This document shows positions 50,013 through 63,182 of a DNA stretch of 64,000 nucleotides, piece by piece (within the stretch, counting starts at the first letter, position 1; every line of letters starts with the position of its first letter). Made by a program: the position numbers and the translations under genes. The DNA is from Octopus sinensis. Its lineage: Eukaryota. The notes under the pieces are model-generated. The model was not told where the DNA came from. It searched no databases and saw only the letters and a list, made by a program, of their open reading frames with translations. Location of the stretch: assembly GCF_006345805.1 (NCBI RefSeq), contig NC_043006.1, positions 73,842,001 to 73,906,000 of the forward strand, given 5' to 3'.

Positions 50013-50052
<40 letters not shown>

Positions 50053-51327
50053 CATACATATGTGTGTATGTATGTGGGTGTACATATGTACTTACATACA
50101 TACATAGACACATATGCATACATACATATATATATATATATATTGCGTACGTGGCATCTAGTATTGTCTTGCGTTGGCTTCGTTTTAATTAGTTACATGA
50201 ATTTGGCACCACTTAATAATTCAGCGATATCGAATGATTAAGAGATGTTTCATTAGCATCCATTATTGAAGTCATATGTTCTAAAAGTCTCGATGCACTC
50301 ACAAAGAAGTGTTGCTTCGGTCATTTTGATGGCAACAATACTCCTCCGAAAATTAAAATGGTTTAGCAGTGTTTATTTTTCTGTTTGTTTCTTAATGAAA
50401 ATTCTACTAAAGCAACACCATTGATAAGGCAAACGGTATCAAAAATTTCTACATTCCAGTGATAATTTCTGAAAATTGAAATCAATTCTCAAATGTTTTA
50501 AATGTTTTCTGATTTGTTTTATTTAAAAGTAATCATAAATTACCGAAAGTTTCTAAAAGTACGTGAGGAATTTTAGTGAAAAACAAAAGGAAATTATAAA
50601 CATCGATAATTACTAGCTGGAAAGAACCGTAGTTATTTTAATGCATTAGTCAGATTAGATATTAGATATTGGCTACTTTTTCATTTTTGGTGAGCAAATG
50701 GGAATTGAAACATTCTTCACTTTCTCCAGAGCATTGCTGACGTAATCCAATTTTAATGACTTCGACCAGGGACTCAAACCACTTGGCAACCGCAGGCTAT
50801 CTCTTTCTTTAGAACAGTGGCCAGCCATTACCAACAAAATATGCTTAATGTTGATCACCAAATCCGAAAATTAGTCCTTTCAATGTTTCATTCGATATTT
50901 ATATGTGAAATAAATGGCTCCTGAGTCAGCAATAGTGTATAAAACCTGTGCCATGTACAGTTGAATGTCTTCATGTAGCAAACGGCATTCTGAAATTGAA
51001 TGCAAATAAATTTTAAATAATAAAAGCAAGCATTTTAGAGAATATATATTTCAGTCCATTCATGAGGAACATGCCTGTAAAGGTTTAAAAGAGGAGGGAA
51101 AAAGAGATCACTCAAACTGCAGCAAGATGCTTGTTGTCTTGTATACTAATGGAAAATCATTGTAAATTACAAATTGTTGACAAATAAACTTGTCTTAATC
51201 TGTATGGTCCCTTACGATCGAGGCAAACTTGTATATAATTGTTTGTTTGTTTATTCGTCTCAGTAGTCAGTTTTCCTATAAATTCATATTGTTATTTAAA
51301 TTGGTTAATAAAAGATATAATCAGTTA

Positions 51328-51882
51328 GGCGTAGGAGCGGCTGTGTGGTAAGTAGCTTGCTTACGAACACATGTTTCCGGGTTCAGTTCTACTAGCTTCG
51401 AGCCGACCAAAGCCTTGTGAGTGGATTTGGTAGACGGGAACTGAAAGAAGCCCGTCGTATCTATGTATATATAAATGTGTGTGTGTATATATTTGTGTGT
51501 CTGTGTTTGTCCCCCCAACATCGCTTGATAATCGATGCTGGTGTGATTACGTCCCCGACACTTAGTGGTTCGGCAAAAGAGACCGATAGAATAAGTAATA
51601 GGCTTACAAAGAGTAAGTCCTGGCCGCAGTCAATTGACTGAAACAAGTAAAAGAGTAAAGAGTTTGATCAGACCATATATATGCATGCACATATGTGTGT
51701 ATATATGTGTGTACGGGGGTGCGTGTGTATGCATGAATATGAACATACGTATGTATATTTATATGTATGTATATTTATATACATACATATTTTACTCTTT
51801 TGCTCTTTTACTTGTTTCAGTCATTTGACTGCGGCCATGCTGGAGCACCACCTTTAATCGAGCAACTCGACCCCGGGACTTA
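51328..51882. mobile_element. SINE A plus copy (51328-51660) and tail-to-tail minus fragment (51790-51882)
   Basis: Family motifs on opposite strands. Confidence 0.85.
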
Positions 51883-53123
51883 TATATATATACATATACA
51901 TACAAATACTAGGGTAGATACACATGATAATCTGCACCGGTATGAATGTCTGAATGTTAAATTTCAGAATCGTTATTAAAGTAAAGTCTGATGATGCAAG
52001 TGGTTAGTTGCGAATGCTTAAAAATAAAATATGTATTATAATTTTCATTTAATATAATTTCACAACGTTATATACGCATGGTGATTTATACCCAATGATG
52101 ATTTAAAGCTCCATTTTTACGTATTCTACAAATTACTAATCCAAGAACTATAACTTAGTATAATTAACAAACGTGTTTGTTAATTATACTTAACTCATGC
52201 TTCCTAAATGTCGAAAATTTTCTATCTAAGGGAACTGCTTATTACAGGTAGGGTACTATAGTAAGATCGTACTTTAGCTGTCTTCTAAGTTAATTTTCAA
52301 TTAGAAACAAGTTTCAATTACGCTTTTCTGCGCATATTTCTGCCTATTTATGAAGCCATTTATTATATTTCCACCACTTAGCCATTGCGATTCTTCGCAT
52401 TTCACTGTCTTGTTTGTCGCTGTAAATTGTGACCAACCACTGGAACGTAAATTAGAATGTTTACCGCTCTCATCTTACCGTCCTTGATTAAATAAATCTA
52501 TCTTATAAACTTGTTAAACTAAGCTGTGAAACTTGGTAATTTTGCTTATCACGATTAATGACCGGATACTGCACATTATATATTAACTCGAACATGTGGT
52601 TCTGCAAGATACGATGTTTATAGTGGAGATAAATTAATGTAATCACTAGCTATTATTTTTTAGTAGCTTGAACGGGGGAAGAAATTAAGGAATCATCGCA
52701 AGTGCTTTGCGCTTGACAAGCAACAAGTTGATGGAGAAGTAAATTAACACGTCAACTTCGACCGTTGTGTTAAATAAACGAGAAGGCACAGGAGAGGAAT
52801 CGATTAGGCGGCACGAAATACTACAGAATTAGTTTTAGATAATGCAGCTGCAAAATCAAGGAAATGGCTAAAGAAACAGATGAAACTGTTTCGTAGCTTA
52901 ACGTTACAATGAATTATCATAATGCCGTCATGGTTTATTTCATGTCATGTTTTTGTTTTTCTGTCTCTCTGACCAAAAAAAAACAAAAAAAACAACAAAA
53001 AACAAAAAACCCCGGATGTTTGCCACCTCAATGCTCAGAGCTGCAAATATACACGATGAAGCACTATTTATAATGTAAAGTTCAGTAGGATTGTGTAATT
53101 AGAGATTGCTTTCGTGAGCTCAC

Positions 53124-53174
53124 CGCCCGAACAACAACTTCTTTATTTCTGGACTGTTATAAAAGCATTCGTAC
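53124..53174 (-). CDS. Putative coding exon (xYECFYNSPEIKKLLFGR)
   Basis: Acceptor gctacgtttcag|G, donor GCG|gtgagc, 51 nt, single open frame (phase 2 to 2). Confidence 0.55.
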
Positions 53175-53929
53175 CTGAAACGTAGCTAAGTCCTAATGCA
53201 CCGCTGTAAATGTTGAAGCAATACTACAAAAGAAATGTGTGTCTCTATACGTTGTCTTTTCGGATTTTGATAAGGCCACCATAAATTCCAGTTAAGAACT
53301 GGGGTTTATTTTAATCTAACGTACCCCTCAATCAAAATCACTACGTGACTTTAGTGAAATCTGACTACATGCTATTCTTGATTATAATATTGATTATAAT
53401 CTATAAATAACCTACACGTGGCTTTGATGTAGAACAGCTAAAGTCTAAAACTAAGATAACAATAAAAACTAGCATGTTGATAGTTTTTTGGCATGACTTC
53501 ATACAGCCAATATGTTGGTATCCTCAAAACGTTTAACAAAACTTAAAGTCTCTTTCTGATGTGGATACGTAAATTGGGTTTGAAGTCGATGACAGAGACA
53601 GTAACACTCGGAGAACAATAGCAGACAATTACCACTCGATGAAGTGAGTGGAATATTCACAATTCCTATAGTACAGCTGGCAAATGTCGTCTATGTGGAG
53701 CGTAACTTATTGCAACGTATCAGAATGCCCCTCACCAGCTCCAACAATATTTATTTGGTAAAACATTAAAGACACGAAATTTCAATAGTTTGACAAAAAG
53801 AAAAAGAAGCAAAAAGCCCTTTCGTGTATTTATATGAACACTCTTCTCTTTTCTTAGCCAAAGATTATGGAACTTTAGTTTAAAGAGACTCCACCACATA
53901 GCATAGATTTTTTTTTCCAGCATTGACAA

Positions 53930-54275
53930 AAAGGCGGAAGTTTTATAGGAGGGTGAACATCAATTAAATAGACCCCAGTATTTGATTGAGACGTTATTTT
54001 ATCGGACACCAAAGAATGAAAAACAGAGAGACTGCGGTAGAATTTGGAGTCAGAATACAATGAGTGAGAAAAAATGACGCTAAGTATTCTTTCCCACTCG
54101 CTTTTGTCACAACATCTTTGATCAGACAAAAATAACGACGTGCTAAGTCTTAAAGCAATAACAAATGACTATAATGTTGTATAGATATTACTCCACCTAA
54201 CTGGTTAACTCAGCGGAATTTGAACTCATATCGTAGCAACAGGCGTGCTAACGATTCTACCAGCTCACCGCCATA
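53930..54275 (-). mobile_element. SINE B, diverged fragments
   Basis: GGCGGTGAGCTGGTAGAATCGTTAGCAC head on the minus strand. Confidence 0.7.
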
Positions 54276-54313
<38 letters not shown>

Positions 54314-54380
54314 TAGTAGTAGTAGTAGCAGCAGCAGCAGTAGTAGTAGTAGTAGTAGTACTACTACTACTACTACTACA
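54274..54380. repeat. Compound trinucleotide array (AAT)(AGT)(AGC)(AGT)(ACT)
   Basis: Direct reading. Confidence 0.95.
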
Positions 54381-54389
54381 ACAATATAT

Positions 54390-54830
54390 CGGAAACCGCA
54401 CATTGATGTGGTGATTGAAAAAAAAGGAAGAACATTTATGATAATCAACATAGCATACCCCGGTGACAACAGGATCAATGTGAAAGAAGAAACCATTTAC
54501 AACTATGATGGTTTAAAGTGGGAAATACAAAGGTTGTGGTCAATGAAGTGAGTAGATGTGATACCGGTAGTAATTGGTGCACTTGGAAATATCAGCACTC
54601 AACAGCCAATATGGCTGAAAAAGATCGGTGCATGTGTGAAGGTAGAACACCTGTAGAAATCAACATTGCTTGAAACTGCATGAAATCTTCGCAGGAGTTT
54701 TGAAGAGTGACCAGTAAACAGGTGTTATTTTAGTCTGCTGGCTGTGGATAGCTGACACTTTCCGTCATACCCAACAAAATAAGCTGTGATTTTTAATATA
54801 ATAACAATAATAATAATAATAAGAAGAAGA
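54390..54830 (+). mobile_element. R4/Dong-like (RLE) LINE 3' end
   Basis: KPHI..IINIAYPGD..LKWEIQRLW..VIPVVIGALG..KSTLLETA; (AAT)n tail. Confidence 0.85.
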
Positions 54831-54849
54831 AGGGGAAGAATTCAGGATT

Positions 54850-55345
54850 AGCATCATAATTTTGAGGGAGTATTTTAGTCGATACCATTAATCCTAGTAT
54901 TTATTGGTATTTATTTCACGGAATCCAACGAGATGGAAATGAAGGTGAACCTAACGGGAATAGAATTCAGAATACAAATAGTTGGAAGAAATAGAGCAGG
55001 GCATTTTTTTCCAAGTTCAATCGGTGTTTTTGAAATGGGTCGATAGATAAAGTTCCAAACAGGTACTCGTGTTTGATGGGATCGAGTCATTCTCTAAAAA
55101 TCACTTGCTCGCTACCGACATTAGAAGCTAGGACAACAACAATATCTCTTTCTAATTTAGGTAAAGGGCCAGGAACTTTTAGAGGCGGGGACAAGTCGAA
55201 TTACATGACTCTTACTTCACTTTATTAACCCCAAATGAATACTGACTTCGGCGTGTTTGAACTCAGAATAATAATGAGTCGAAGAAAATGGCACTGAACA
55301 TTTTCTCCGACATCCTAACAACTCTGCTTGGTCACCGCCTCGTTT
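54850..55345 (-). mobile_element. Old SINE B-like copies
   Basis: Degenerate TTTGAACTCAGAA and GTCGA motifs. Confidence 0.55.
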
Positions 55346-55404
55346 CTAACAGACTAAAAACTTAAAATTTACTTGGTGGTCTGTCAATTTAGTCGACCCC
55401 AGTG

Positions 55405-55820
55405 CGGGGAGCTGGTAGAAACGTTAGCACGCCGGTCGAAATGCTTAGCGGTATTTCGTCTGCCTTTACGTTCTGAGTTCAAATTCCGCCGAGGTCGACT
55501 TTGCCTTTCATCCTTTCGGGGTCGATAAATTAAGTACAAGTTACGCGCTGGGGTCGATGTAATTGACTTAATACCTATCTCTGTCCTTGTTTGTCCCCTC
55601 TATGTTTAGCCCCTTGTTGGTAATAAAGAAATAGGTATTTCGTCTGCCGTTACGTTCTGAGTTCAAATTCCACCGAGGTCAACTTTGCCTTTCATCCTTT
55701 CGGGGTAGATAAATTAAGTACCAGTTACGCACTGGGGTCGATGCAATCGACTTAATCCCTTTGTCTGTCCTCGTTGTCAACTCTATGTTTAGCCCCTTGT
55801 GGGCAATAAAGAAATAAGTC
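55405..55820 (+). mobile_element. SINE B dimer
   Basis: Second unit starts GGTATTTCGTCTG directly after AAAGAAATA at about 55635. Confidence 0.9.
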
Positions 55821-56586
55821 GACCTCAGGGATTTATTTGATAGGCTGAGGAAGGATTAATGGCCAAAGTTGATTAGGCGGGATTTAAACGCAGAAGATGA
55901 AGACCTGAAACTAAATACTGCATTTCGTTTGGTGCTTTAACGATTTTGCCATTCCAGCAGACTTATTTATGGAGATCATAAACAGGACTGGTTCTAGATT
56001 TTCTGAATGGTGTTAAGATTATGTAAAGATGCGTTGAAGTATGTTTGCAGAAATTCGCGTTTATACTACATTAACATTTTTATGTGTAATACTAGAATTG
56101 AATATCTTGAAGTGTTATCTGGTAAATTTTCTTTTCCAGATTTATTACCTTTATGCAAACAGGTTTATAGTCTTACTTGTTTTTACCTAAAGCACGCGAA
56201 CTTACACATTCCACGTACACACTGTTATATATAATGTACGAAGACTAACCGAGTCTAGAAAATTCACGTACTGTACATAAATACATTAATAACGCACACA
56301 CATACACACACACGTATACATGTATCTTAAAACGAAACATATATGAGCCACTCCAACCTGTCCATGTGTTAAGATAGAAATAGTTCCGCCTACGTCAAAC
56401 GAAAAGACAGCGGTATACACACAAAGACACACACACTGTATAAATGTTATTTCTATAGGTATCTGTTAATACAAATATCATTCACCCTATTTCTTGTATG
56501 TAGTCCTTATTTTTATTAATCCCTCGTTATGAACTGTTTGAACCGTTCGTTCACCATATATATTGTAAGTATTTTAAATATATATA

Positions 56587-56624
<38 letters not shown>

Positions 56625-56626
<2 letters not shown>

Positions 56627-57019
56627 TTTTACTTGTTTCAGTCATTTGACTGCGGCTATGGTGGAGTGCCGCCTTTAGCCGACGAATAGACCCCAGGATT
56701 TATTCTTTCTAAGCGTAGTTTTTATCCTATTGGTCTCTTTTGCCGAACCGCTAAGTTACGGGACGTAAACACACCAAGATCAGTTGTCAAGCGATGATGG
56801 GGGAAAATACAGACACACAAATACGTACGTACATAATACATAGATACACTTATATATATAAATATATGCGACGGGCTTCTTTCAGTTTCCGTCTACCAAA
56901 TCGACTCACAAGGCCGAAGTCGGTCCGAGGCTATATTAGAAGACACTTTCCCAAGGTGGCATGCACTGGAACTGAACCCGGAACCATGTGATTGGGAAGC
57001 AAACTTCTTACCACACAGC

Positions 57020-57066
<47 letters not shown>

Positions 57067-57205
57067 CCGTCACTTAGTGGTTCGGCAAAAGAGGCCGATA
57101 GAATAATTACTGGGCTTACAAAAGAATAAGTCCCGGGGTTGAGTTGCTCGATTAAAGGCGGTGCTCCAGCATGGCCGCAGTCAAATGACTGAAACAAGTA
57201 AAAAA
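56625..57205. mobile_element. SINE A minus copy (56625-57022) and plus-strand 3' half (57065-57205)
   Basis: Inverted pair separated by (TA)n. Confidence 0.85.
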
Positions 57206-57227
57206 AAAAATATATATATATATTTAA

Positions 57228-57532
57228 ATAGGTGAATGAATTATCCTATGTTTATCGTCAGCATGGAAAATTCGTTTAACCAAAACCTGGGTAGCAAATT
57301 CACGCCAGAAACACGGTTGAAGCGACCTTTCCAAGGGTAGAAACTCCGGGTTCATGTGCAGAAATTTATGTGTTGTATATGAATAAATGAAAGAATGGAG
57401 TCGAACGAAGATGTTAACAACATTCCTTTACTCTCGACATATGTTTCGAAGACAACATGTTTTCATTCCAAAGGAATAAAGGGTGCATTATGCAATCTTC
57501 TCATCAGGAAAGAAAGGGAGCCTCTCTCGACA
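57228..57532 (-). mobile_element. Solo Penelope-type pLTR (family of 15268-16008)
   Basis: Near-identical reverse complement of 15700-16008. Confidence 0.85.
57431..57512 (-). ncRNA. Canonical-core minimal type I hammerhead ribozyme
   Basis: CTTTC-CTGATGA-GAAGA..TCTTC-GAAAC-ATAT-GTC-GAGAG; palindromic ACATATGT in stem/loop III. Confidence 0.75.
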
Positions 57533-58064
57533 TACACATACATACATACATACATGAACGCATAACTATACTTACATCCATATATATACAAACGCGCATG
57601 CGCGTGCACACGCACACATACATGTTGACCATCAATTAAAATATATCATAAATAACCAAACGCTTTCTTGTTTTGTCTTACAGCTTTGTATATTTTGAGG
57701 TCACACCTTGTTCGAAACTACTTCGGATTTTATTTCTCCATAAACTGTTTTCTCATTCAGTAGTTCAATCGATTAACCCCGCAAAAACAATTATCTACGC
57801 CGTGCCAATGAGCGATGCTATCATTCAGTTAAAACAATCAGTCGGCAATTATGACAGTGCATCGGATTGAATGCTTTTTCAAATAAGTTTTATACAAGTG
57901 CTTAGATTTCAGTCTTGACTCTTTTCATTCTCCAGAAGTCCAGAATGTCTGCACCAATGATAATTAAAATTAGATAAGAATTTAACCTTAGCAAATTAAC
58001 GGTAGACATAGTCGAAAAGTATCAGTATATTCCTGAAACATCTGTTTTTTAAAATATGAGGTAA

Positions 58065-58495
58065 AGAAGGCCACGATGGTACAGAATCGTTAGAATGCTT
58101 AGCGGCATTTCATCAGCCTTTACGTTCTGGGTTCAACTTCCACCGGGGTCCACTTTGCCTTCATCGATGAAATAATACCAGTTGAGCACTGGGATTTATG
58201 TAAGTGACTTTTGCACTTTCCAGCACTTGCTGACCTTGTGCCAATATGTAAGAGCAATATATGAGGTAAAGAAGGCGGTAAGATAGCAGAACCTTTACCG
58301 CGCCAAGTAAAATGTTTAGCGGTATGTCATCCGTTTCTACATTCTGAGTTCAAATTCCACTGAGGTCGACTTTGTCATCTGTCAATTCGGGGTCGATGAA
58401 ATAAGTACTAGTTGAGCACTGAATTCGAAGTAATCGACGTACTTCTGGTCCCCAACTTGCCAGACTTGTGCGAAAAGTTGAAACTAATATATAAG
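58065..58495 (+). mobile_element. SINE B, two diverged tandem copies
   Basis: Both start ATATGAGGTAAAGAAGGC. Confidence 0.8.
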
Positions 58496-58989
58496 GTAAA
58501 TTGTCAATCACATTTACCATAACTAAACATCTGGAGCCAGTGAGAGACCCTCTATATTGAAGACCAATCTGCTAAGTACACCAACCAAAGTTTCCCCTAA
58601 TTATTCCTAGCATCTTCAGAAAGAAGAAATACATTTGATTAATTATTCCTAGAAATATTGGGTCTGGGAAAAAGGTGCAATGTGTAAGTTTGGAATCTAG
58701 AACCCCTTTGATCATTGATCAATTTCACTAGAGCTCGAGTAGAGCTGCTTTGGTACTAAACAGTAAGAACAAGAACAACAACAACAATATCACATTCAAC
58801 TTCATTTAACTTGCCTAAACTAGTTGCCCATTGTTTCCGTTTTGCCCACAAATAAAATCTCTGGTTAATTTTATTTACTGTTGTGTCCAATTATAATAGT
58901 TTTAAAAACAAATATCTATATCTCACCCTGGGTAGAAACATTTAGTTTCATCAGATGGTACCTAACGGCATTTTCAGATAACAAGGCTG

Positions 58990-59062
<73 letters not shown>

Positions 59063-59180
59063 ATCTATCTTATCTATCTTATCTATCTATCTTATCTATC
59101 TATCTTATCTATCTATCTTATCTATCTATCTTATCTATCTATCTTATCTATCTTATCTTATCTATCTTATCTTATCTATC

Positions 59181-59239
<59 letters not shown>

Positions 59240-60212
59240 ATCTATCTATCTTATCTATCTATCTTATCTATCTATCTTATCTATCTATCTTATCTATCTT
59301 ATCTATCTTATCTATCTTATCTATCTTATCTATCTATCTTATCTATCTATCTTATCTATCTATCCTATCTATCTATCTTATCTATCTATCTTATCTATCT
59401 ATCTGTCTTATCTATCTTATCTATCTATCTTATCTATCTATCTTATCTATCTATCTTATCTATCTATCTTATCTATCTTATCTTATCTATCTATCTTATC
59501 TATCTTATCTATCTATCTATCTATCTTATCTATCTATCTTATCTATCTATCTTATCTATCTATCTTATCTATCTATCTTATCTATCTTATCTATCTATCT
59601 TATCTATCTATCTTATCTATCTATCCTATCTATCTATCTATCTTATCTATCTATCTTATCTATCTATCTGTCTTATCTATCTTATCTATCTATCTTATCT
59701 ATCTATCTTATCTATCTATCTTATCTATCTTATCTTATCTATCTATCTTATCTATCTTATCTATCTATCTATCTATCTTATCTATCTATCTTATCTATCT
59801 ATCTTATCTATCTATCTTATCTATCTATCTTATCTATCTATCCTATCTATCTATCTTATCTATCTATCTTATCTATCTATCTATCTTATCTATCTATCTA
59901 TCTTATCTATCTTATCTATCTATCTATCTTATCTATCTATCTTATCTATCTATCTTATCTATCTATCTTATCTATCTTATCTTATCTATCTTATCTTATC
60001 TATCTATCTTATCTATCTATCTATCTATCTTATCTATCTATCTTATCTATCTATCTTATCTATCTATCTTATCTATCTATCTTATCTATCTATCTTATCT
60101 ATCTATCTTATCTATCTATCTTATCTATCTTATCTATCTTATCTTATCTATCTATCTTATCTATCTATCCTATCTATCTATCTTATCTATCTATCTATCT
60201 ATCTTATCTAAC

Positions 60213-60299
<87 letters not shown>

Positions 60300-60349
60300 A
60301 TCTATCTATCTTATCTATCTATCTATCTTATCTATCTATCTATCTATCT
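58990..60349. repeat. 1.36-kb mixed (TATC)/(TATCT) satellite (GATA/GATAA on the minus strand)
   Basis: Pure TATC at both ends; the interior interleaves 4- and 5-mers. Confidence 0.97.
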
Positions 60350-60556
60350 TTTTTTATCCTTTTTACAATTTCTTTTGATCGAAAATCTACCCCACTTTTT
60401 TTCTCCCCCAACAGAAAAGCTCTACCTTGTAATTTGTCCCGTCTGTATTCAGCTCTGTGTGGCTAATAAAGAAACATATCTATCTATCTATATGTGAGAG
60501 TTTGTGCGTAAATCAGAAGGGCAAAAAACTAGAATAGTTTATTACCAGTGGTAATA

Positions 60557-60613
60557 TAATAAAAGTCATAAGACGTAATAAAAGTCATAAGACGTAATAA
60601 AAGTCATAAGACA
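60557..60613. repeat. 19-bp tandem repeat x3
   Basis: TAATAAAAGTCATAAGACG. Confidence 0.9.
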
Positions 60614-60624
60614 TATATCCATAT

Positions 60625-60935
60625 AATAGAGTGTATAAAGCTATATAGACGAAGAGAAGTCCCATGATAGGATTTCTTACATGCTTAAAAGGGCAGTTAA
60701 ACGCAAACCACGAAAAATTAATTCTAACGGCACTAGAATGAAAGGAATTATTGTTAGTTTTATCTCATATTCGCGTTTCCCTATTAATGAGCAAATAGAT
60801 TATTAGGGAAACTCGACGTGCCATTATCGTTGTGCTTTAGAATTATTTATTCGTGGCTTGGGTTTAACTGCCATTTTTAGCATGTAAGAAGTCATGGGTC
60901 TTCTCTTCGCGTATATATCTTTATACACTCTTATA
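60625..60935. repeat. Fold-back element (~110-bp imperfect arms, ~95-bp spacer)
   Basis: CGAAGAGAAGTCCCATGA..TTCTTACATGCT vs AGCATGTAAGAAGTCATGGGTCTTCTCTTCG. Confidence 0.85.
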
Positions 60936-61847
60936 TATATGTATATAGATTTATATATATATATATATAATATATATATATATATGAAGCTACATCTATC
61001 GAACAGACATTATAGAAGTGATCAAACTGGCATAAGCGTGTATTGATTGCTAATATAGTTCGCTTAATAATTTATGAATTGTGCCCTTATTAATTATTCT
61101 ATCGGGTAACGAATGAAGTTTTATGCTATCAGAAAGGTCATTTCAGCTCATACTTGTTTTGTGCTTGCTATAAATAGTTATATGATATCTCCCAATCTAT
61201 GAGCGCGAAATGTGTTCAGTTTTTTCTCCGATGTATCTCAAAATGGAAATGAAATTACGCAAGAAATTTCCACAATTATTCTCCATACCGAGAGATAGAA
61301 ACATTTGATTACATTTTGTAGTTACACTGAAAGTATAGATACAGTTACTCTAAACCCCAGATTATCCAATAAATATTATTCAGTGAATAAAATTAAACCA
61401 AAGTCGTTTAACGTTGCTTTATCGTAGCAAGTCGTGTTCAAGATATAAATATAATTAAGTTACTGTTTGATTGAATATATACACTTCTATTTAAAAATAG
61501 AATTCTTAATTTGGCGGAATATTAATCGAAGGACATGTCGCGTCTATAGATTTATTGATCGATGATGAGAAACTGTTTGTTGAAGAATTTTAAGTGGAAG
61601 TAAATATTAGAAAATATTATAGCAATTAATAGAAAATTAATATAATTATAAAGATAATATATCGATTTCAAAACAAGGACGAAATTAATAACAATGATTG
61701 TATTCAGTTCGATATTATTGCTAAATTTATCAGACTATATTTAAATATGATTACTATCGTAAAGTATATAAATGTAGCAAAGACGTGTTGCTCGAGTTTC
61801 CGTTTATCTACGCTTGATTCCAAGGTTCCTGTCATTTGTTTGCAAAT

Positions 61848-62015
61848 AGGCGCAAGAAAGGCTACGTAGTTAAGAAGGTCAGTTTGTAGCCACGTGTTTT
61901 CAGATTCAATACCATTGCGCAGCACTTTGGGCAAATGTCTTCTACCCTAGCCCCGGATCGATCAAAGCCAAAAGAGTGAATGTCGTAGACGAACACTGTG
62001 TGGAAACCCGTCGTA
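61848..62015 (+). mobile_element. SINE A 5' half, diverged
   Basis: GGCGCAAGAAAGGCT..TTGGGCAAATGTCTTCT. Confidence 0.7.
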
Positions 62016-62019
62016 CATA

Positions 62020-62162
<143 letters not shown>

Positions 62163-62165
62163 CGT

Positions 62166-62467
62166 GGAGGCGCAATGGTCCAATGGTTAGGGCAGCGGAC
62201 TCGCGGTTGTAGGATCGCGGTTTCGATTCCCAGACCGGACGTAGTGAGTGTTTATTGAGCAAAAACACTTAAAGCTTCACAAGGCTCCGGCAGGGTGTGG
62301 TGGCGATCCCTGCTGTACTCTTTCGCCACACCTTTCTCTCACTCTTTCTTCTGTTGGCCTGCTCGCTTAGCCAGCGGGGTGGTGTCATTTGAAGGCTAAA
62401 ACAATGCGAAACGCATTGGGACCAGCGATGTGTAGCAACACCCGATAGCCTGGTCGGTCACGGTGAT
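62166..62467 (+). mobile_element. tRNA-derived SINE (third head type)
   Basis: GGAGGCGCAATGGTCCAATGGTTAGG..GGTTTCGATTCCC, then a non-tRNA body. Confidence 0.85.
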
Positions 62468-62899
62468 ATATACGTACATACATACATATATATATATACA
62501 TATATACATGTATGTATATATATATCTGTGTGTGGGGGGGTGTTACGGAAATAGTGGTACAACAAGGAATCAATGTTTATTGGAAATAGCAGTCAATAAC
62601 GATACGATGCTATGTAAAGTTTTACGCAAAGATGTATACGGACAGCGAACTTAAAAATTTTCGTATTAACTCTAGGAAGAACATCGGAAAAATGGACAAC
62701 CCAGAATGGATAATCTAGGATTCGAGTTTCGGACTATCCAAAATACGTTTGTTAAAGTAAATTTTATTAGTCCTCATCAGCTAGAATCACCTGTGACGAA
62801 ATTTTAAAATATCGCCACATCTTGCAAGTATATTCGGTTAAACGCCTAGCCGTCAACAGAACCGAGGTCAGAGAAAACGTTATATATATATACATATAT

Positions 62900-63075
62900 A
62901 TTGGCGATTTTCTTGCTACGTCTTCCCTTCTATTGAACTACCCTCTGTTTCCGAAGAAGAGCCTCTGCACAAAACGTTAAACCATCTTTCTTACCAGCTT
63001 GTTCTAGTCAACACTTTATCCTTCCTGCTATCATACCGTGTCACTACTGCCAAGCTCGTGTCTATACCTATTCTC
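62900..63075 (+). mobile_element. pLTR-like repeat with decayed CCGAAGA hammerhead variant
   Basis: GTTT-CCGAAGA-A-GAGC-CTCT-GCAC-AAAA-CGTT-AAAC at 62947-62982. Confidence 0.4.
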
Positions 63076-63182
63076 AATTACATAAACACGTAACAACAAT
63101 TACTAAACGCAAAGCAATGTTAATAGTCCATGCTTGTTCGCAAGAGTTGACAATGCGTAAGAGTGTGTATGTGATCCTATAT

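Noticed and set aside
58881-60497. 538-aa ORF
   Set aside because: Translation of the stop-free TATC/TATCT satellite (YLSI repeats).
62166-62240. tRNA gene (also 9214, 39374 and the SINE A heads)
   Set aside because: A/B boxes continue into SINE bodies; no complete cloverleaf.
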